Positions 58,353-64,000 of a stretch of 64,000 nt of DNA are shown piece after piece. The notes below the pieces were generated by a model. The model was not told the origin of the DNA and did not search any database. It saw only the letters and a list, made by a program, of their open reading frames with translations. Source of the DNA: a virus. The stretch spans positions 1 through 64,000 of IMG/VR virus record IMGVR_UViG_3300027969_000044; one strand, 5' to 3'. Positions within the stretch are counted from its first letter, which is position 1. Each line of letters begins with the position of its first letter. A program made the position numbers and the translations under genes.

Positions 58353-61022
58353 ATGAGTTATGTAGATGCGATCTGGAATCGCGACGACAACGTTATTCGC
58401 GTCGTTGAACGCGATCCAAAAAAGGGTAGAATCTTTACAGACTATCCAGCAAAGTATATTTTTTACTATCCCGATCAAAGGGGCAAGTACAAATCAATTT
58501 ACGGTGAAAACCTATCAAAAGTTCAATGTAAAGACTTTAAAGAATTTGCTAAAGAACAAAGAATCCATAGTGGACATAAGTTATACGAAAGTGATATTAA
58601 TCCAATCTTTCGTGTACTAGAAGAAAACTATCTAGGACAAGACTCCCCAAATTTAAATGTAGCGTTCTTCGACATTGAAGTAGACTTTGATCCAGAACGT
58701 GGCTACGCATCACCTGAAGATGCGTTTATGCCAATTACTGCAATCAGTGTCTACCTACAGTGGATGGAAACAATGATTACTCTGGCTATTCCTCCAAAGA
58801 CTATGACTATGGAGCAGGCCAAGGAAGCTGTTAAAGAGTTTTCAAATACTATACTGTATGAAAATGAAGGAGAGATGCTTGATGAGTTTCTCAACTTAAT
58901 TCAGGACGCAGATGTTATTAGTGGTTGGAATAGCGAAGGATTCGACGTTCCGTATACCGTTAATCGTGTTACTAAAGTCCTAAGCAAAGAGGACACACGT
59001 AGATTCTGTCTGTGGGACAAGTTTCCCAAGAAACGTGAATATGAAAAATATGGTAAAGATGCTGTAACATATGACTTCCACGGTCGTGTACACTTGGACA
59101 GTTTAGAATTGTATCGCAAGTATACATATGAAGAGCGCCATACCTATAGACTAGATGCTATCGGTGAAATGGAAATTGGCGAAAGCAAAACTGTCTACGA
59201 AGGTACATTAGATCAACTGTACAACAATGACTTTCGAAAGTTTATCGAATACAACAGACAAGATACTTTCTTGTTAGACAAACTAGATAAGAAGCTAAAG
59301 TTTATTTCTCTTGCCAGTACCGTCGCTCACGAAAACACAGTATTGTTACAAACAACAATGGGTGCGGTAGCTGTAACTGAACAGGCTATTATTAACGAAG
59401 CCCATCACAGGGGACTCATTGTTCCTAGTCGTCCAAAACGTGATGAAACTAAAGACGCACAGGCCGCAGGTGCTTACGTTGCGTATCCAAAGAAAGGCAT
59501 TCATGATTGGATTGGTTCGTTAGACATTAACTCACTATACCCATCTGTCATTCGTGCGTTGAACATGGGTCCGGAAACTATCATTGGGCAGTTGCGTCAA
59601 GATTACACGCAAACAGAAATTGATGCTAAGATAGCTAAAGGTTCTAGTTTTGCCGCGGCATGGGAAGGTAAGTTTGCGTCTAACGAATATGAATTTGTTA
59701 TGGCAAAGGACAAAGCCAACGAAATCATTATTGACTGGGAAGATGGAAACACCAATGTATTAACTGGTGCTCAAGTATACGATCTAATATATGAAAGCAA
59801 TCAACCGTGGATGCTCAGTGCCAACGGTACAATCTTTACGCATGAACATGAAGGTATTATTCCTGGACTACTAGCACGTTGGTACAAAGAACGTAAAGAT
59901 ATGCAGAAGAAATTAAAGGAAGCTATTAATGCTGGAAACAAAATTGAAGAAGAATACTGGGATAAACGTCAGCTCGTTAAAAAGATTAATCTTAACAGCC
60001 TGTACGGTGCTATTCTCAACGTTGGTTGTCGTTTCTTTGACAATCGTATTGGTCAATCAACCACACTTACTGGGCGAGCCATTGCTCGCCACATGGCCTC
60101 AAAAATAAATGAAGTCGTTACTGGCGAATACAATCATTTAGGTAAAGCTATTATCTATGGTGATACTGACTCTGCTTATTTTAGTGCGTATGCTAGCCTT
60201 AAGAAAGACATTGACAAAGGTTCCATTCCTTGGGACAAAGAAACTGTTATTCAAATTTACGATCAAATCGCAGATGAAGTTAACGGAACATTTCCACAGT
60301 TTATGTTAGATGCGTTTCACTCTCCAAAGTCTCGTGGAGAAGTTATCAAAGCAGGTCGAGAACTTGTTGCGATCAAAGGCCTATTCATTACCAAGAAACG
60401 CTATGCTGTTCTTTATTTTGATAAAGAAGGCAAGAGAAGTGACATAGAAGGAAAGCCGGGCAAGATCAAAGCCATGGGCTTAGATTTGAAACGCAGTGAT
60501 ACTCCAGAATTTATGCAAAAGTTTTTAGAAGAACTTCTAACTAAGGTACTTAACGGTAGCAAGGAAGAAGAGATTCTAGACCGAATTGGCGAATTTAGAA
60601 CTGAGTTCAAAGCTAGACCCGGTTGGGAGAAAGGTAGTCCGAAAAGGGCTAACAATATTACAGAGTACGAGGCCAAAGAAAAGAAAGCTGGCAAAACAAA
60701 TATGCCAGGCCACGTTCGGGCCAGTATTAACTGGAATACACTAAAACGTATGAACGGAGACAAATACTCTGTAAACATCGTTGACGGTATGAAGGTTATT
60801 GTATGTAAGCTAAAAGCCAATCCACTAGGGTATACATCAGTTGCGTACCCAGTTGACGAATTACGCTTACCAAAGTGGTTCCAAGAATTGCCGTTTGATC
60901 ACGGGGAAATGGAAACTACTATTATTAATAACAAACTGGAAAACCTTATTGGAGTTCTGGAATGGGATTTAGAATCGACTACACAAGATAACACCTTTGG
61001 TAGTCTGTTTAGTTTTGATTAA
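58353..61022 (+). CDS. Family B DNA polymerase with 3'-5' exonuclease (gp43-like)
   Basis: ExoI FDIE, ExoII WNSEGFD, ExoIII YNRQD; motif A DINSLYPS, B KINLNSLYG, C YGDTDS. Confidence 0.97.
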   Translation: MSYVDAIWNRDDNVIRVVERDPKKGRIFTDYPAKYIFYYPDQRGKYKSIYGENLSKVQCKDFKEFAKEQRIHSGHKLYESDINPIFRVLEENYLGQDSPNLNVAFFDIEVDFDPERGYASPEDAFMPITAISVYLQWMETMITLAIPPKTMTMEQAKEAVKEFSNTILYENEGEMLDEFLNLIQDADVISGWNSEGFDVPYTVNRVTKVLSKEDTRRFCLWDKFPKKREYEKYGKDAVTYDFHGRVHLDSLELYRKYTYEERHTYRLDAIGEMEIGESKTVYEGTLDQLYNNDFRKFIEYNRQDTFLLDKLDKKLKFISLASTVAHENTVLLQTTMGAVAVTEQAIINEAHHRGLIVPSRPKRDETKDAQAAGAYVAYPKKGIHDWIGSLDINSLYPSVIRALNMGPETIIGQLRQDYTQTEIDAKIAKGSSFAAAWEGKFASNEYEFVMAKDKANEIIIDWEDGNTNVLTGAQVYDLIYESNQPWMLSANGTIFTHEHEGIIPGLLARWYKERKDMQKKLKEAINAGNKIEEEYWDKRQLVKKINLNSLYGAILNVGCRFFDNRIGQSTTLTGRAIARHMASKINEVVTGEYNHLGKAIIYGDTDSAYFSAYASLKKDIDKGSIPWDKETVIQIYDQIADEVNGTFPQFMLDAFHSPKSRGEVIKAGRELVAIKGLFITKKRYAVLYFDKEGKRSDIEGKPGKIKAMGLDLKRSDTPEFMQKFLEELLTKVLNGSKEEEILDRIGEFRTEFKARPGWEKGSPKRANNITEYEAKEKKAGKTNMPGHVRASINWNTLKRMNGDKYSVNIVDGMKVIVCKLKANPLGYTSVAYPVDELRLPKWFQELPFDHGEMETTIINNKLENLIGVLEWDLESTTQDNTFGSLFSFD

Positions 61023-61076
61023 AAAATATTTGACTTTGCTCAAACACCTAACTATAATATACAAAAGGACTATATC

Positions 61077-61811
61077 ATGAAAGACATTTTACAAGACATC
61101 GTATCACATACGCACAACCTAGGTTTTCTTAACATTGTTAAGGTAACTGGTACAGAAGACAAGACATTAGTAGATTCAATGGCAGATGACCGTTCGGTTA
61201 TTATGTACGCTGAAACTGCTAATCCGTACCCAGATATGATCGGCGTGTTTGGTATGCCACAATTGAACAAGTTAAAATACTTGATCGACGGCAACGAATA
61301 CAAAGACGGTGCTAAGATTGAAGTTGTTAAGCAAGATCGTAACGGTGAAGAACTTCCAGTAGGTATTCACTTTGAAAACAAAGACGGTGACTTTAAGAAC
61401 GACTACCGCTTTATGAACACAGAAATTATCAACGAAAAGTTGAAGACTGTTAAGTTCCGCGGTGTCAAGTGGGATGTAACTGTACAGCCTAGCGTACAAG
61501 CTATCCAACGTTTTGCTTTCCAAGCAGGTGCTAACACAGAGCACACAACATTCTTGGCTAAGACAGATGGTACAAATTTAAAGTTTACATTTGGTGATCA
61601 AAGTAGTCACGGTGGTGAGTTTGTATTTGCCACTGATGTAGTTGGTAAGATTACAAAGGGCTGGACATGGCCAGTTAGTAGCGTTTTAAGCATCCTTAAG
61701 ATTGCCGATGCTAACAATGCTAGTATTAGCTTTAGTAACGAAGGCGCAATGCAAATCGAACTAGACAGCGGTTTGGCAATTTACAAGTATATTATTCCAG
61801 CACAGGCATGA
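61077..61811 (+). CDS. Probable sliding clamp (gp45/PCNA-like)
   Basis: 244 aa, alternating beta/alpha pattern, ends YKYIIPA; directly after PolB; clamp loader present in the window. Confidence 0.65.
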   Translation: MKDILQDIVSHTHNLGFLNIVKVTGTEDKTLVDSMADDRSVIMYAETANPYPDMIGVFGMPQLNKLKYLIDGNEYKDGAKIEVVKQDRNGEELPVGIHFENKDGDFKNDYRFMNTEIINEKLKTVKFRGVKWDVTVQPSVQAIQRFAFQAGANTEHTTFLAKTDGTNLKFTFGDQSSHGGEFVFATDVVGKITKGWTWPVSSVLSILKIADANNASISFSNEGAMQIELDSGLAIYKYIIPAQA

Positions 61812-62176
61812 TAAACGGAATAACCCAACACGGAAAGTATATGTATATACATGGGGGCCATGCTGGTGGTCCTTATGTTAATATGAGTAATCCGTCTGCC
61901 GGTATGGTTCGATTTGACGGTGCTAACCTACAGGCATATGACGGCAATACTTGGATGACCATTGCCGGTTCAACGGCATCTGTTGGGATGAGTCCTGTTG
62001 CCGAGGAAGCAATTGACTGGGTCCGCCAGCAGATGGAAAAAGAAAAACAATTTTTTGACTTGGCAAAGACTTCTAAATCTGTTAGTATTGCATTAGAAAA
62101 CCTAAATAAAGCCAAAGCAGAACTAGAATTAATAGCCATCTTGGCGAAAGAGCACAATGAAGAAACCACCACTTAA
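61808..62176 (+). CDS. Hypothetical protein
   Basis: 122-aa coupled ORF. Confidence 0.75.
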   Translation: MINGITQHGKYMYIHGGHAGGPYVNMSNPSAGMVRFDGANLQAYDGNTWMTIAGSTASVGMSPVAEEAIDWVRQQMEKEKQFFDLAKTSKSVSIALENLNKAKAELELIAILAKEHNEETTT

Positions 62177-63836
62177 CTTAACCCCACTACAGAAAGACTA
62201 CGCAGTATATCTACCTGCGATTAGTTCGTTCTACAGTACATATATTGCTAAACAACGTTTAGAAGAATTTGTTTCTAAAGATCGTATTCCTAAAGGATTT
62301 GATCGTGGCATCGAAGGCATGAATTTTTTAAATGAAGAAGAAGGATACTTTACATACAGATACGGCCTGTACTCTGCGGGTCACGCACAATTAGACTTAA
62401 ACAAAAGTATGGTACAGGAGTCTATGATCCAACAACGTGATCGCAGTAAGACTATGATCTTAGGCGACTCGGGCGGATACCAGATCGGTAAAGGTGTTCT
62501 TAAATTTGATTGGTTAGACTTTGAAGGTAAGAGTGCTAACAAGACTCGTCAAAATATTCTAGAGTGGTTAGAACTAACTGCTGATTGGTCAATGATGCTG
62601 GACGTTCCTACTTGGGCGTGTGATCACATTCATAGTCCAAAGACCGGACTAAAAACATTTGAAGACTGTTTAGAAAAAACACGTTTTAATAACGACTACT
62701 TCCTACAAAATAGATTAGGTCAAACTAAATGGCTTAATGTACTACAAGGTGGTGACTGGGATACTGCTGAAAAGTGGTACAACGGTGTTAAAGAATTTAG
62801 CGATCCAACTGGTCCATACGCAGGCAAAGAAGCCGAAGGATGGGCAATGGGGGGTGCTAATATGTGTAAGATGGATATTACGTTAAAGCGTCTAATGACA
62901 CTACGTGAAGACAACTTACTAAAAGGAAAAGACTGGATGCACTTTTTGGGTACTGCTCAACTAGACTGGTCTTGTTATCTAACTTTAATTCAACGTCAAA
63001 TTAGGAAGCATATCAATGAAAACTTTACCATCTCTTTTGATTGCGCCTCACCGTTTATCGCAACAGCGCACGGACTTGTCTACACAAACGCACAACACAC
63101 GAACAAAAGGTGGAGTGTTATTATGGACAAAGCCCCAGATAACAAATCATTGTCAGGACGTTCAGACATTCCATTCCCATTCGCAAGCGAAACAGGAAGT
63201 AGATTAACAATGGAAGATATTGCGTACTATGATATTGGTACACGCAAGACCGATGCCGAGTTAGGTACTAAGAAAGATAAAAACGGCAATGACGTTCAGA
63301 TTGAATTTGATCACTTGAAAAAAGAGCATTACAATATTGTCCCAAGACTTAACAAATTAGACAAGATTCCAAACAAAACATCTTGGGACAGTTTTGCCTA
63401 CGCTCTAATGATGGGCCATAACGTAGAATGCCATATTGTTGCTGTACAACGTGCTCAACAATTAATGGACATTGAGACTGTACGATTTAAACCTAATTGG
63501 AGAAGTTGGGGTATCGAGGGTAAGAAGGAAAAAGAATTTAGTGATTGGGTTCCCCGTAGAATCTTGTACTTTGCTACATTCATTGAAGAACTATTTGAAA
63601 CTAAGACAAAATCTGAAGCTTTTGAGTTAATCGATAGTGCTACTGTATTCTTACGTAGTTTAGAAGGTGCTCGTTTACAAGGCGGTCCTGCTCAAAACGA
63701 ATTTAATAATTTGTTTACAATTGAAGACAAGTCTATAGTAAGACTTGCGCCAGATGGCACGCCACTTTTCGATCAACAAGATGATCCAAGTTTACGTATA
63801 CTAGAGGAAAACATCCAAGATGCGAATGAGCCTTGA
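62157..63836 (+). CDS. tRNA-guanine transglycosylase-like protein, probable DpdA-type DNA deazaguanine transglycosylase
   Basis: LGDSGGYQ, MMLDVP, VLQG, HFLG, SFDCASP; lies in the replication operon; queD present in the window. Confidence 0.8.
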   Translation: MKKPPLNLTPLQKDYAVYLPAISSFYSTYIAKQRLEEFVSKDRIPKGFDRGIEGMNFLNEEEGYFTYRYGLYSAGHAQLDLNKSMVQESMIQQRDRSKTMILGDSGGYQIGKGVLKFDWLDFEGKSANKTRQNILEWLELTADWSMMLDVPTWACDHIHSPKTGLKTFEDCLEKTRFNNDYFLQNRLGQTKWLNVLQGGDWDTAEKWYNGVKEFSDPTGPYAGKEAEGWAMGGANMCKMDITLKRLMTLREDNLLKGKDWMHFLGTAQLDWSCYLTLIQRQIRKHINENFTISFDCASPFIATAHGLVYTNAQHTNKRWSVIMDKAPDNKSLSGRSDIPFPFASETGSRLTMEDIAYYDIGTRKTDAELGTKKDKNGNDVQIEFDHLKKEHYNIVPRLNKLDKIPNKTSWDSFAYALMMGHNVECHIVAVQRAQQLMDIETVRFKPNWRSWGIEGKKEKEFSDWVPRRILYFATFIEELFETKTKSEAFELIDSATVFLRSLEGARLQGGPAQNEFNNLFTIEDKSIVRLAPDGTPLFDQQDDPSLRILEENIQDANEP

Positions 63837-64000
63837 TAAAATGGAAAAACACATTGAAATCTTAAAAGAGATTAGAAATGTGCTTGACAGAGACATAGCA
63901 GAGAAGTTAAAATATAGTAGTGCTAGTCAAGACGAGATTGATCAAATGAAAGCTCGTCTACTAGAAATGGACAGACAAATCGAACAAGAATTAAAGAGTA
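63820..64000 (+). CDS. Coiled-coil hypothetical protein, 3'-truncated
   Basis: MRMSLDKMEKHIEILKEIRN... is open to the window end. Confidence 0.6.
   Translation, partial: MRMSLDKMEKHIEILKEIRNVLDRDIAEKLKYSSASQDEIDQMKARLLEMDRQIEQELKS

Noticed and set aside
58353-61022. Intein or intron in the DNA polymerase
   Set aside because: Continuous 889-aa ORF with all motifs in order; no intein or homing-endonuclease motifs seen
61030-61060. sigma70 promoter before the clamp gene (TTGACT...TATAAT)
   Set aside because: Spacing to TATAAT is 19 bp (17 bp gives only TATATA); plausible but too weak to list
1-64000. Alternative genetic code or stop-codon reassignment
   Set aside because: Known genes are full length in the standard code, and TAA, TAG and TGA all end genes with tight coupling
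1-64000. tRNA/rRNA genes, integrase, transposase
   Set aside because: Intergenic gaps are almost all under 90 bp, with no cloverleaf or T-loop signature seen by eye, and no recombinase motifs; tRNAscan-SE would confirm

Overview
A 64-kb, gene-dense, AT-rich segment of a large lytic tailed dsDNA phage, probably a jumbo/T4-like myovirus. A Gram-negative host is inferred from spanin-like lipoproteins. Almost all genes are on the + strand and use the standard bacterial code. In order: (1) an accessory region (1-11.5 kb) with three 2OG-Fe(II) oxygenases, ClpP, QueD, UvsE and a glycosyltransferase; (2) a ~26-kb tail/baseplate/fibre module (11.9-37.6 kb) with S74 chaperone domains, collagen-like repeats, a thioredoxin and an S8 protease; (3) a DnaE-like fragment, GroES, a cytidylyltransferase, a clamp loader and PhoH; (4) a lysis cassette (spanins, GH19 endolysin, holin); (5) DnaJ, peptide deformylase and ClpA; (6) a cluster (50.7-57.6 kb) of proteins sharing an N-terminal M-x-(L/I/A)-x-E leader, including a 1491-aa modular protein with three different nucleotidyltransferase folds and cassettes joined by a repeated QGVAE linker; (7) family-B DNA polymerase, probable sliding clamp and a TGT/DpdA-like enzyme. 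The best candidate for an undescribed system is (6), read as a protease-processed, capsid-packaged cassette polyprotein system (inference). Second is a recurrent regulatory design of promoters embedded in RBS-sequestering or terminator hairpins, leaderless starts, and a duplicated operator-like hairpin before the polymerase. All calls come from reading motifs by eye; no database searches were run.
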